A stretch of 61,733 bases of DNA from an uncultured Bacilli bacterium (GTDB taxonomy: Bacteria > Bacillota_I > Bacilli_A > RFN20 > CAG-826). Both the position numbers and the translations under genes were made by a program. Shown piece by piece: positions 39,584 to 49,242 of this stretch. The first letter of the stretch is position 1. Every line of letters begins with the position of its first letter. The stretch covers positions 1-61,733 of the forward strand of contig CAKPNG010000005.1 in NCBI GenBank assembly GCA_934168325.1, given 5' to 3'. The notes under the pieces are model-generated. The model ran no database searches. It worked only from the letters and a program-made list of their open reading frames with translations, and was not told the DNA's origin.

Positions 39584-40057
39584 TTATTTACCTTTCCCAT
39601 TAATTTTATCTTCAAAGCCTTCAAAAACATTCCCTAAATAAGGCTCGATAGTACCTTCTTCATCTTCGTCTTGACATTCATCATCATAGTCTTCTTCATA
39701 AACAAGATTTTCTTCAGTCATAAAGCGTGGATGCTCATTATTTATAAATTCATAATAATTATCTTGTGAATAATAATTAAAAATAATTTCCATATTTATG
39801 CATGCGTCTTTTAAAAATTGGTGAAGAATTTTACATGCTTCTTTTTCCATCACCTTAACTTTCATTGGAGCTTCAACTTTAACAAGGATGTTCCAAGTAT
39901 TTTGTTCTACACCATCATGTATATATAAGCATTCTGGACAATAAAAATTAATTTTGTCTTTACTAGTTTCATAGATGTCAGCAAGCTTTGGAGTAACATC
40001 TTTACTAATTCCTCTTACAACATATGGGTCTAAACCTAAAATTGATACAGTTATCAT
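39584..40057 (-). CDS. DUF1904-like (tautomerase-fold-like) protein with acidic C-terminal tail
   Basis: The roughly 110-aa N-terminal part resembles DUF1904 proteins. The tail 'EEDYDDECQDEDEEG' is strongly acidic. Confidence 0.4.
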   Translation of the reverse strand: MITVSILGLDPYVVRGISKDVTPKLADIYETSKDKINFYCPECLYIHDGVEQNTWNILVKVEAPMKVKVMEKEACKILHQFLKDACINMEIIFNYYSQDNYYEFINNEHPRFMTEENLVYEEDYDDECQDEDEEGTIEPYLGNVFEGFEDKINGKGK

Positions 40058-40106
40058 CTTTTTACCTCTACTTAATAATCTTAGATTATTAATAAAAATT
40101 TTTCAA

Positions 40107-42293
40107 TTAGTAGTCTATAGGATTTACATTAATTTTTACTAAAATATTATTTTTTGACTTATAAATATCAATAATTTCATCCAAAGTAGTTTCCACCTCA
40201 GATATTTTTTTGCATTTTAAATACAAATTAGTCTTATATTGTTTTCTATACCAAAAAGGCTCGCTTGGATTCAAAATTATTAAATTTTCGTTAGACAATT
40301 CAATATAATTTTTAATATCTTTAGCAACATCATAGGTCAAATTGGCATCAGAAGCTATTATTTCAATTAGTATTACCTTATAAAATGGTGGATTATTTAA
40401 TAATTTCCTACGTTCAATTTCACTTTTATAAAAGGACATGTAATCATTATTTATCGCAAATTTAATTGAATTATCATCTTTAAAACTTGTTTGAATAATT
40501 GCTAATCCTTTTTTATCTGCACGTCCTGCTCGACCAATCGTTTGAGTAATTAAATCAAATGCATTTTCACTTGCTTTATAAGTAGCGATAGAAAGTAAAG
40601 AATCTGCATTAACTATTGCAACCAAAGTTACATCATCAAAGTCATGACCTTTAGAAACTATTTGCGTTCCTATTAAAACTAAAGCTTCTTTTCTATTAAA
40701 TTTTGATAAAATAGTGGAGATTTGCGAGGATTTTGGTGTTCTATCACCATCTAATACTAAATAAGGTACCTTAAATAATTTCTTAAAATCCTCTTCAACT
40801 TTTTCTATTCCAAAATCTAAATACGATAAATATTTTGATCCGCATTCTGGACAAGTAGCTGGTTTTCTTATTTTATATCCGCAATGATTACAACGTAAAG
40901 TTTCATCTTCTTTGTAGTAAATTAAATTCATATCGCAGTGTGGACATTTAAAAGTGTGTCCGCATTCGCGACAATAAAAACTTCTACCATATCCTTTAGT
41001 ATTTATAAAAATTATAGTACGTTCATTTTTCAATAATCTTAATTTAATTTCCTTTATTAATTGGTATGAAAAAACTTGACTAAAACTTGGAAAATTAGTG
41101 AATTTTGTTCTATCAATAGTTATTATTTCTGGTAATTCAGCATGATTATATCTTTCATTTAAAGTAAGTAATTTATAAACTCCATTTCTAGCTTTTGACA
41201 TTGTTTCTATTGACGGAGTTGCGCTACCTAAAATAACTTTACCTTTATGATAAGTTGCTCTAATCATTGCAACATCTCTAGCATCATAACAAAGTGACTC
41301 ATTTTCTTTATAGGTGTCGCTATGTTCCTCATCTATAATAATTACGCCAATATTAGATAATGGAGCAAAAATAGCACTTCTTGTTCCTATAACGATACGA
41401 GCATGATTATCTTTAATTTTTCTATATTCATCATATCTTTGTCCCTCAGTTAAAGATGAGTGTAAAATAGCAATATCCACGCTAAAGTAGGATAAAATTC
41501 TAGAAATCATAAGTGGAGTTAATGCAATTTCGGGTACTAAAATCAATGCATTTTTGCCTTCATTAATTGCTTTTTCTACTGCTTTTATATAGATTTCAGT
41601 CTTTCCACTACCTGTTACACCATGCAAAAGATATACTAGATAATTACTATTTTTATACTCATCAAACACTTTTGCTTGTTCTTCACTTAAAGAAAATTGT
41701 TTTTTATAATCAAAAATTGGTTCAATATCTAAGCGATATTTTTCTTTCTTTTCTAAAGTAATAATCCCTTTATCAATTAAGGAATTTAAAGATTTTGATT
41801 GACTAATATTTGACTTAGGAATAAAGTCAATTTGGCTAAATTTATTTAATATCTTTTTTTCATAATTATTAATATTGATTTTATCTATTTGTTCATTATG
41901 TAATTTATAAAAATATTCATATTGAATATGAGAAACATTACTTATTTTTTTTGGGCGTAAAGACTTAGGTAAAATTGTTTGCAATGTTCCAATTAATGGA
42001 TAAAAATATCTTTTTGATAAAATATTAGCTAATTTAAATAATTCATCATTAATAATAGGAGTCTCATCAATTTGTTTATCAATAAATTTAAGATTTAAAC
42101 CAAGTTGATCAGATACTTTTTGAATATTATCACAATCAATAAATTTAGATTCAACAACAAATCCATATAATTCTTTATTATTAAAATTAATTTGGACTCT
42201 AATTCCTTTTTGAACTTCTTTTAATGAGCAATAATAAAAATAACTATTTAAGGCAAAAACATTATGTTCGACTAATACCTTTAATAAAAACAT
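40107..42293 (-). CDS. priA: primosomal protein N' (replication restart helicase PriA)
   Basis: Walker A 'GVTGSGKTE', 'IIIDEEH', and the Cys-rich zinc insert 'CRECGH..CPHCD...CNHCGY...CPECGS'. Confidence 0.93.
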   Translation of the reverse strand: MFLLKVLVEHNVFALNSYFYYCSLKEVQKGIRVQINFNNKELYGFVVESKFIDCDNIQKVSDQLGLNLKFIDKQIDETPIINDELFKLANILSKRYFYPLIGTLQTILPKSLRPKKISNVSHIQYEYFYKLHNEQIDKININNYEKKILNKFSQIDFIPKSNISQSKSLNSLIDKGIITLEKKEKYRLDIEPIFDYKKQFSLSEEQAKVFDEYKNSNYLVYLLHGVTGSGKTEIYIKAVEKAINEGKNALILVPEIALTPLMISRILSYFSVDIAILHSSLTEGQRYDEYRKIKDNHARIVIGTRSAIFAPLSNIGVIIIDEEHSDTYKENESLCYDARDVAMIRATYHKGKVILGSATPSIETMSKARNGVYKLLTLNERYNHAELPEIITIDRTKFTNFPSFSQVFSYQLIKEIKLRLLKNERTIIFINTKGYGRSFYCRECGHTFKCPHCDMNLIYYKEDETLRCNHCGYKIRKPATCPECGSKYLSYLDFGIEKVEEDFKKLFKVPYLVLDGDRTPKSSQISTILSKFNRKEALVLIGTQIVSKGHDFDDVTLVAIVNADSLLSIATYKASENAFDLITQTIGRAGRADKKGLAIIQTSFKDDNSIKFAINNDYMSFYKSEIERRKLLNNPPFYKVILIEIIASDANLTYDVAKDIKNYIELSNENLIILNPSEPFWYRKQYKTNLYLKCKKISEVETTLDEIIDIYKSKNNILVKINVNPIDY

Positions 42294-42866
42294 CTATTTT
42301 GCCATTCGATCCTTAATAATTTCAGCAATTCTTTTAGCAGCTAATTCTGGAACATCATTAACAACATTATAATCATAAAGTGATTTCAATTGTAATTCTT
42401 TACTGCCTTTATCTAATCTTTCTTTTATAACTTCTTCTGTTTCAGTACGTCTATTTCTAATTCTAGCTTCTAACTCATATAAGGATGGAGGTAATAAGAA
42501 AATAGAAACTACATTATTACCCTTCATTTTTTCCATTACTTGTCTAGCGCCATTGGTCTCAATTTCAAGAAGAATATTGTGGCCTGAATCTAGCATTTGT
42601 TCTACATAAGCTTTAGGAGTTCCATAATAATTATTTACAAACTTAGCAAACTCTAATAATTCGTCATGTTCGATTTTTCTTTCGAATCCTTCCTTACTAA
42701 CAAAGAAGTAATCGCGTCCGTCTACTTCGCCATTTCTAGGTTGCCTAGTTGTCATAGATATTGAATAAGATAAGTTTAAAGATTTATCTTTCATTAACTC
42801 TTTAACAACTGTACCTTTACCAACACCACTAGGACCACTAACTATAACTAATAATCCCCTATTCAT
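42294..42866 (-). CDS. gmk: guanylate kinase
   Basis: 'GPSGVGKGT' and 'TTRQPR.GE.DG.DYFF'. Confidence 0.95.
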   Translation of the reverse strand: MNRGLLVIVSGPSGVGKGTVVKELMKDKSLNLSYSISMTTRQPRNGEVDGRDYFFVSKEGFERKIEHDELLEFAKFVNNYYGTPKAYVEQMLDSGHNILLEIETNGARQVMEKMKGNNVVSIFLLPPSLYELEARIRNRRTETEEVIKERLDKGSKELQLKSLYDYNVVNDVPELAAKRIAEIIKDRMAK

Positions 42867-43069
42867 AATAAAATAATATATACAAAAAAGAACTGAGTTT
42901 CAATTACTTTTTAGATTTATTGCATATAATGTGTGTTAATTGCATATAATGTTATGCTTAAAATAGGTATTTATCTATTTTAAAAATTAAATTTTAACTT
43001 TATAATCAAAATATTAGTAAACTTATATAACTTTGTTATATAATAAAAAACGTTAACGGAGGAATTTAT

Positions 43070-44029
43070 ATGGTCAAAAAAATTGGCATATTAACAAGTG
43101 GAGGGGATGCACCTGGCATGAATGATGCTATCTTTGGTGCTGTTAGAACTTGTTATAAATTAAATAAAGAAATTTATGCTATTTATGGTGGTTATAAAGG
43201 ACTTATTGAAGATAATATAGTTAAATTAGATAAAAATTTTGCTGATACACTTATAAATCATGGTGGAACAGCTATAAAAACAGCTCGTTTATCAGAATTT
43301 AAAGAAGATAAAGTTCAATATGAAGCAATAGAAACTTTAAAAAAACACGGAATTGAAGCTTTAATTGTTGTTGGTGGTGATGGCTCTTATATGGGAGCAA
43401 AAAAATTAACAGAAAAGGGAATCAATTGTATTGGTTTACCAGGAACAATTGATAATGATATTGCAAGTACTGAAACTACTATCGGTTTTGATACTGCATT
43501 AAATACTGTAGTTGAAGCTATTGATCGTATCGTTGACACTTCCAGTAGCCATTATCGTTGTGCTGTAGTTGAAGTTATGGGCAATAAGTGTCCAGATCTC
43601 ACACTTTTTGCTGGAATTGCAACAGGTGCAAATTATATATTAACAGCTGATAATAATGTTAATGTTGATAAAATGATTGAAGAATTAAAAGAATTAAAGA
43701 AAACAAATCCAGATCATGTTCTTATTTTAGTTGCCGAAAAATTATTGGATACAGCAGCTTTAGCCAAAAGAATTATGGATGAAACAGGCTTTGATACTAG
43801 AGAAACAGTTTTAGGTCATATTCAAAGAGGTGGTACTCCTACTGCAATGGAAAGAGTTAATTCAATTAGAATGGGAGCTTATGCCGTTGAATTACTTGAT
43901 AAAGGAATCGGTGGTGTCTGTATTGGTACAAAAGGTTATGACTTAATCTATACAGATATTTACGATGCATTAAATTTACCAAGAGATAAACATGAAGATT
44001 TTTATTATACTCACGATTTAATTAAATAA
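43070..44029 (+). CDS. pfkA: ATP-dependent 6-phosphofructokinase
   Basis: 'IGILTSGGDAPGMN', 'GGDGS', 'PGTIDND' and 'LGHIQRGG'. GGAGG RBS. Confidence 0.95.
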   Translation: MVKKIGILTSGGDAPGMNDAIFGAVRTCYKLNKEIYAIYGGYKGLIEDNIVKLDKNFADTLINHGGTAIKTARLSEFKEDKVQYEAIETLKKHGIEALIVVGGDGSYMGAKKLTEKGINCIGLPGTIDNDIASTETTIGFDTALNTVVEAIDRIVDTSSSHYRCAVVEVMGNKCPDLTLFAGIATGANYILTADNNVNVDKMIEELKELKKTNPDHVLILVAEKLLDTAALAKRIMDETGFDTRETVLGHIQRGGTPTAMERVNSIRMGAYAVELLDKGIGGVCIGTKGYDLIYTDIYDALNLPRDKHEDFYYTHDLIK

Positions 44030-44042
44030 AGAGGGTAAAAAA

Positions 44043-45491
44043 ATGATAAATATTACTAAAAAAACTAAAGTTGTTTGTACAATTGGTCCTGCTAGTTCTA
44101 GTCCAGAAATGTTAAGAAAACTTATTCAGAACGGTATGAACGTCGCTCGTCTTAACTTCTCACACGGTGATTATGAAGAACATTTAGGAAAATTAAATAA
44201 TATCCGTGCTTTTGAAAAAGAGGGTATATATATTCCAATTGTTCTTGATACTAAAGGTCCTGAAATTCGTTGCCACGATATGGAAAATAATTTAATTAAT
44301 GTTAAAAAAGGTACAATTTTAAGAATTTCCATGGCAAAAGTCTTAGGTACACCTTCAAAAATTAGTGTCAATTTCCCTGATTTATATAATGATGTATCTG
44401 TTGGTAATCATTTTAAAATTGATGATGGAAAATTAGATCTTTTAGTAACAGGTAAAGATGAAGAAAATAAAGAAATTATTACTGAAGTTTTAAATGATCA
44501 TGAATTAGCTAGTAAAAAAGGCGTTAATTGCACTGGTGCTAGATTATCAATGAAATTTATTAGTGAAAAAGATGAGCAAGATTTAATTTGGGGTTGTGAA
44601 CATGGTGTCGATTTTATCGCAGCTAGTTTTGTTAGAAATAAACAAGATGTTGAAGATATTCGTAAAATATTAGTTGATCATGGTCACCCTGAAATAAAAA
44701 TTATTTCTAAAATCGAAAATTGCCAAGCAATGGGATGCTTAGATGAAATAATTGATGCTAGTGATTCTATTATGGTTGCTAGAGGTGATTTAGGCGTTGA
44801 AGTTCCTTTTGAAGAAGTTCCACTTGTTCAAAGAAGACTTATCACTTTATGTAGACAAAAAGGAAAACCAGTTATTACTGCAACACAAATGTTAGATAGT
44901 ATGACTCATTCTCCTACTCCTACTAGAGCTGAAGTAAGTGATGTTGCTACAGCTGTTGATGAATCTACAGACTGTGTAATGTTAAGTGCAGAAAGTGCTA
45001 GCGGTGAATATCCTGCTGAAGCAGTTATGGCACAAGCTAAAATATCTAAAGCTATCGAAAGTGAATTAGATTATGAAACTTTAGCTAAAGAAGCTTATGA
45101 TACTTCTAATAAAGATAATAACGATGCTATCGCTAATTCTATTGCAAATACTGCTAAATTAATTGATGCTAAATTAATTGTCAGTTATACAGAACGTGGA
45201 AATAGTTCTAGAAGAATTTCAAAAGCTAGACCATGTTGTCCTATTTTATCAATAACTAATAAGAGAACTACCGCTTTACAAAACGGATTATACTGGGGTA
45301 TTTATACAATTTTAATTAAAACAAAAATGCCTGATTTCATCGAAGATATGGAATCAATTGCTATCTTCTATGCTAAGAAAATTGGTTTAAAACCTGGTGA
45401 CGTTATAGTTGTTAGTGGTGGCACTCCTACTGGTGCTGGTAAAACTAACTTTATGAGAATTATTACAATTCCTAAAGATAGAGAATTATAA
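44043..45491 (+). CDS. pyk: pyruvate kinase
   Basis: 'TKVVCTIGPAS', 'ARLNFSHG', 'MVARGDLGVE' and 'ATQMLDSM'. It forms a pfkA-pyk pair as in Firmicutes. Confidence 0.95.
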   Translation: MINITKKTKVVCTIGPASSSPEMLRKLIQNGMNVARLNFSHGDYEEHLGKLNNIRAFEKEGIYIPIVLDTKGPEIRCHDMENNLINVKKGTILRISMAKVLGTPSKISVNFPDLYNDVSVGNHFKIDDGKLDLLVTGKDEENKEIITEVLNDHELASKKGVNCTGARLSMKFISEKDEQDLIWGCEHGVDFIAASFVRNKQDVEDIRKILVDHGHPEIKIISKIENCQAMGCLDEIIDASDSIMVARGDLGVEVPFEEVPLVQRRLITLCRQKGKPVITATQMLDSMTHSPTPTRAEVSDVATAVDESTDCVMLSAESASGEYPAEAVMAQAKISKAIESELDYETLAKEAYDTSNKDNNDAIANSIANTAKLIDAKLIVSYTERGNSSRRISKARPCCPILSITNKRTTALQNGLYWGIYTILIKTKMPDFIEDMESIAIFYAKKIGLKPGDVIVVSGGTPTGAGKTNFMRIITIPKDREL

Positions 45492-45544
45492 AACTATTTA
45501 CAAAATTAATTTGTAGATATAAGATAAATACGCAAAGAGAAAGA

Positions 45545-45760
45545 CAAGTTAGATATTTAAGTATTATTAGAGAGTAGAAATAATTGGTGAAAATTTCTAT
45601 TATTACAAATATCTAATACCACTTTTGAGCAATTAAGGAAACTTAACGCTGATTAACGTTACTAATCATAATCGAGGTGATAGTATTTTATTACTATAAC
45701 TAAGGTGGTACCGCGTAAATTAATACGTCCTTAGATATTTTAATCTAAGGACTTTTTTTA
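45545..45760 (+). promoter_or_regulatory. T-box riboswitch leader (Thr) controlling thrS
   Basis: Stem I carries AGAGAG and a GGTGAAA distal loop. The T-box sequence AAGGTGGTACCGCG is at 45702-45715. The terminator TCCTTAGA (45728-45735) / TCTAAGGA (45744-45751) is followed by T7. The candidate specifier ACA is at 45605-45607. Confidence 0.85.
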
Positions 45761-45770
45761 AGGAGAAATT

Positions 45771-47696
45771 ATGGAACTAATATTAAAAGATGGTAAAAAG
45801 ATCAATTTAGAAAATGGTAAAAATGGACATGATGTTGCATTAACTATTTCAACAAGTTTAGCTAAAGAAGCATTAGCTTATAAACTTAATGACAAATTAT
45901 TTGATTTATATACACCTATTAACGATGGTGGTAGATTCGAAATTATAACCAAAAAAGATGAATGTGCTAAAGACATTTTAAATCATAGTACTGCTCATCT
46001 TCTTGCAATGGCTGTTAAAGAATTATATCCAAATGCTCATTTTGCAATTGGCCCTTCAATTGAAGATGGCTTTTATTACGATATAGATTTTGGTAATAAT
46101 GTTTTAACAGAACAAAATTTACCAACTATTGAAAAGAAAATGAAAGAACTTGCTAAGAAAAATTTCTATATTACTAGACAAGAAATTTCTAAACATGATG
46201 CTTTAGAATTATTTAAGGATAATCCATATAAAGTTGAACTTATCAATGAGTTAGAAGATGGTACAATCACTATTTATAAACAAGGTGATTTCGTTGATTT
46301 ATGCTTAGGACCTCATGTTCCTTCAACTGGTTTCATTAAATTCTTTAAACTTGAATCTCTTGCTGGTGCTTATTGGAGAGGTGATAGTAAAAATAAACAA
46401 TTAACAAGAATCTATGGTGCAAGTTTCTTCTCTAATGAAGATTTAGAAGCTTATGAGCATATGAAAGAGGAAGCTAAAAAGAGAGATCATAGAAAAATCG
46501 GTAAAGACCTTGGTTTATTTATGTTCAGTGAATTTGGTCCTGGATTCCCATTTTATTTACCAAATGGCTTAATGCTTAGAAGGCAAATTGAAAACTGGTG
46601 GAATAATATCCATGATCGTGAAGGTTATAAAATTATTAAAACTCCAATTATTCTTTCTAAAGAATTATGGCTTACAAGTGGTCACTGGGATCATTATAAA
46701 GAAAATATGTATACAACCAAAATCGATGAAAAAGATTTTGCTATTAAACCAATGAATTGTCCTGGTGCAATTTTAGTTTATAATAATGAACTTCATTCAT
46801 ATAGAGATTTACCTTTAAGATATGCTGAACTCGGCTTAGTTCATAGACATGAAGCTAGTGGTGCATTAAATGGTTTATTTAGAGTTAGATGCTTTACTCA
46901 AGATGATGCTCATATATTCTGTAGAAGAGATCAACTTCAAAGTGAAATTCAAAAATTACTCCATTTATACGATGAAATGTATAGTATTTTTGGATTAGAT
47001 TATAGTATCGTTCTTTCTACTAGACCTGAAGCAGACTATATTGGCGATATAAAAATTTGGGATGAATCAGAAAAAATATTAGCTGAAGCTTGTAAAGCTA
47101 GTGGCAAAGATTTCAAAATTAATCCTGGAGATGGTGCTTTCTATGGTCCAAAACTTGACTTCAAATTAAAAGATTGTATGGGAAGAATTTGGCAATGTGG
47201 AACTATTCAATTAGATATGAATTTACCAGAAAGATTCAATTGTACTTATATTGATAGTAATGGCGAAAAAGTTAGACCAATTATGTTACATAGAGCTATT
47301 TTAGGTAGTTTTGAAAGATTCTTAGGAATTATTACAGAACATTTTGCTGGTGCTTTCCCATTATGGATTGCTCCTGTCCAAATTCAAGTTTTACCTGTAA
47401 ATAATGAATTCCATTTAGAATACGCTAAAAAATTAGCTGAACAATTAACTAACGAAGGATTTAGAGTTAATTTAGATGATTCTAACGAAAAATTAGGTTA
47501 TAGATTAAGAAATACAATTCTTAAAAAGATTCCTTATACAATTGTTATTGGTGATAAAGAGGTCGAAAATAAATCAGTCACATACCGTAAATATTCGACA
47601 ACTGAACAAATTAACATTTCTACTCAAAAATTTATCGATAAATTAAAGAGTGAAGTTAATAATAAAGAATTATTAGTTGATCCTAAATCATTATAA
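45771..47696 (+). CDS. thrS: threonine--tRNA ligase
   Basis: TGS, editing, class II core and anticodon-binding layout. It has 'HSTAHLLA' and 'FTQDDAHIF'. Length is 641 aa. Confidence 0.97.
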   Translation: MELILKDGKKINLENGKNGHDVALTISTSLAKEALAYKLNDKLFDLYTPINDGGRFEIITKKDECAKDILNHSTAHLLAMAVKELYPNAHFAIGPSIEDGFYYDIDFGNNVLTEQNLPTIEKKMKELAKKNFYITRQEISKHDALELFKDNPYKVELINELEDGTITIYKQGDFVDLCLGPHVPSTGFIKFFKLESLAGAYWRGDSKNKQLTRIYGASFFSNEDLEAYEHMKEEAKKRDHRKIGKDLGLFMFSEFGPGFPFYLPNGLMLRRQIENWWNNIHDREGYKIIKTPIILSKELWLTSGHWDHYKENMYTTKIDEKDFAIKPMNCPGAILVYNNELHSYRDLPLRYAELGLVHRHEASGALNGLFRVRCFTQDDAHIFCRRDQLQSEIQKLLHLYDEMYSIFGLDYSIVLSTRPEADYIGDIKIWDESEKILAEACKASGKDFKINPGDGAFYGPKLDFKLKDCMGRIWQCGTIQLDMNLPERFNCTYIDSNGEKVRPIMLHRAILGSFERFLGIITEHFAGAFPLWIAPVQIQVLPVNNEFHLEYAKKLAEQLTNEGFRVNLDDSNEKLGYRLRNTILKKIPYTIVIGDKEVENKSVTYRKYSTTEQINISTQKFIDKLKSEVNNKELLVDPKSL

Positions 47697-47707
47697 TAAG
47701 AAAAAAT

Positions 47708-47743
47708 AAAGTGGTTACGTTTTGAAAGCGTAACCACTTTTTT
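47708..47743. terminator. bidirectional rho-independent terminator (thrS / cvpA)
   Basis: GTGGTTACG (47711-47719) / CGTAACCAC (47729-47737) with flanking A- and T-runs. Confidence 0.8.
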
Positions 47744-47764
47744 AATTAATTAAAATAATAAAAT

Positions 47765-48292
47765 TTAAAATAATTGCATCAAATAGCTCATTAAAAATTT
47801 ACTTAAGGTAAACTTATCATTTGTAATTGATAAATCTTGTATATAAAAAGCATTTATATTTGGATCAACTTGTGCTAATCCATAAAAGATTAATAAATAC
47901 AAAGTTCCTATAAATAAGCCAAATACTAAGCCTAATATTCCGCCTAAAGTTCTATTGAAAAAGCCAATTATTTTATTATTATTAATGCCGCGTGAAATAA
48001 TTCTTTTTAAAACATTTAATACTATAAATAAGATTATAAAAATTATAATTCCACTAATAATTAAAATAACAAAGTTTGTCCACTTTTCTCCAATCGCATT
48101 ATACATATTTGTATATAAAGGTGTATTGAAGAATAAAGTAGATAGAGGAGTTGCGATATAATAAGCAATAACAAGCGCTATAAAAATATTTAACCAGCCT
48201 AAAATTTTACCAATAATACCTTTTGCTATTCCTATAATTAAGAATAATAACAAGATACAAAGTAAAATTATATCCGTAATTGAAAATGCCAT
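47765..48292 (-). CDS. cvpA: CvpA-family membrane protein
   Basis: 175 aa with 4 TM segments. The N-terminus 'DIILLCILLLFLIIGIAKGII' is typical of CvpA. Confidence 0.65.
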   Translation of the reverse strand: MAFSITDIILLCILLLFLIIGIAKGIIGKILGWLNIFIALVIAYYIATPLSTLFFNTPLYTNMYNAIGEKWTNFVILIISGIIIFIILFIVLNVLKRIISRGINNNKIIGFFNRTLGGILGLVFGLFIGTLYLLIFYGLAQVDPNINAFYIQDLSITNDKFTLSKFLMSYLMQLF

Positions 48293-48333
48293 AACCCCTC
48301 TTTTTTACCTAAAAGTCTGCAAAACTCAACTAT

Positions 48334-49089
48334 TTATTTTGCTTTTCCTTGATTTTTAACAGCTTCCATTGCCTTTTTAATAGCATCTTGGTCACCTAAA
48401 TAACGTTTTGAAATGACTTTAAAATCTTCATCTAATTCGTAAACTAATGGTACACCGGTAGGAATATTTAAGGAGACAATATCATCATCACTGATATTTT
48501 CTAAGTATTTAACTAAAGCTCTTAAACTATTTCCATGAGCAGCAATAATAACTTTTTTACCATCTATAATATCTTTTTTAATTACTTCTTCAAAGTAAGG
48601 AACAACTCTAGCTACAGTGTCTTTTAAACATTCTGTAAGTGGTAATTCTTTTTTATCAACATTAGCATATTGTCTTTGTAATGCAGGATTGCGTGGATCA
48701 GTTGGTTCTAAAGCTGGTGGTTGAACATCATAACTTCTTCTCCAAATTTTAACTTTTTCTTCACCAAATTTTTCAGCAGTTTCTGCCTTATTTAATCCTT
48801 GTAAAGCTCCATAGTGTCTTTCATTAAGTTTCCAAGTTTTATAAACCGGAATATATTCTTCATCAAGTGCTTCTAATACTCTATTTAAAGTGTGTATAGC
48901 TCTTTTTAAATAAGATGTATAAGCAACATCAAAATGGAATCCTTCATTCTGTAATAAAACACCACCATTAGTAGCTTCTTCTTTTCCTTTTTCAGATAAT
49001 TCGACATCAGTCCAGCCTGTGAATAAATTAAGTTTATTCCATTCGCTTTCACCATGTCTAATTAATACTAATTCATAAGTTTTTGCCAT
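48334..49089 (-). CDS. gpmA: 2,3-bisphosphoglycerate-dependent phosphoglycerate mutase
   Basis: '[17 protein letters not shown]', 'RSYD..PP' and '[10 protein letters not shown]'. Confidence 0.95.
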   Translation of the reverse strand: MAKTYELVLIRHGESEWNKLNLFTGWTDVELSEKGKEEATNGGVLLQNEGFHFDVAYTSYLKRAIHTLNRVLEALDEEYIPVYKTWKLNERHYGALQGLNKAETAEKFGEEKVKIWRRSYDVQPPALEPTDPRNPALQRQYANVDKKELPLTECLKDTVARVVPYFEEVIKKDIIDGKKVIIAAHGNSLRALVKYLENISDDDIVSLNIPTGVPLVYELDEDFKVISKRYLGDQDAIKKAMEAVKNQGKAK

Positions 49090-49210
49090 AATTTAACCTT
49101 CCTTTACAATGAATATTGTAATTAACTTTACATATTTTTTCTATATATATTTTAATAAGTTTTAATCTTTTAATTATTTATAATAATTAATAAATTATCA
49201 TAATCAATTA

Positions 49211-49219
49211 TGATATAAT
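49211..49219 (+). promoter_or_regulatory. candidate extended -10 promoter (TGaTATAAT) of galT
   Basis: TGATATAAT lies 24 nt before the galT ATG and is overlapped by an 8+8 inverted repeat. Confidence 0.4.
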
Positions 49220-49242
49220 CATTTCATAAAGGAATTTTTATT

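Noticed and set aside
43043-43058. cre-like sequence ATAAAAAACGTTAACG just before the pfkA RBS.
   Set aside because: It has two mismatches to the WTGNAANCGNWNNCW consensus, including the conserved G of the TG, so it is too weak to call.
45492-45530. TACAAA-ATTAA-TTTGTA hairpin after pyk, considered as a terminator.
   Set aside because: It is a six-bp all-weak stem with no following T-run, so it is unlikely to terminate transcription.
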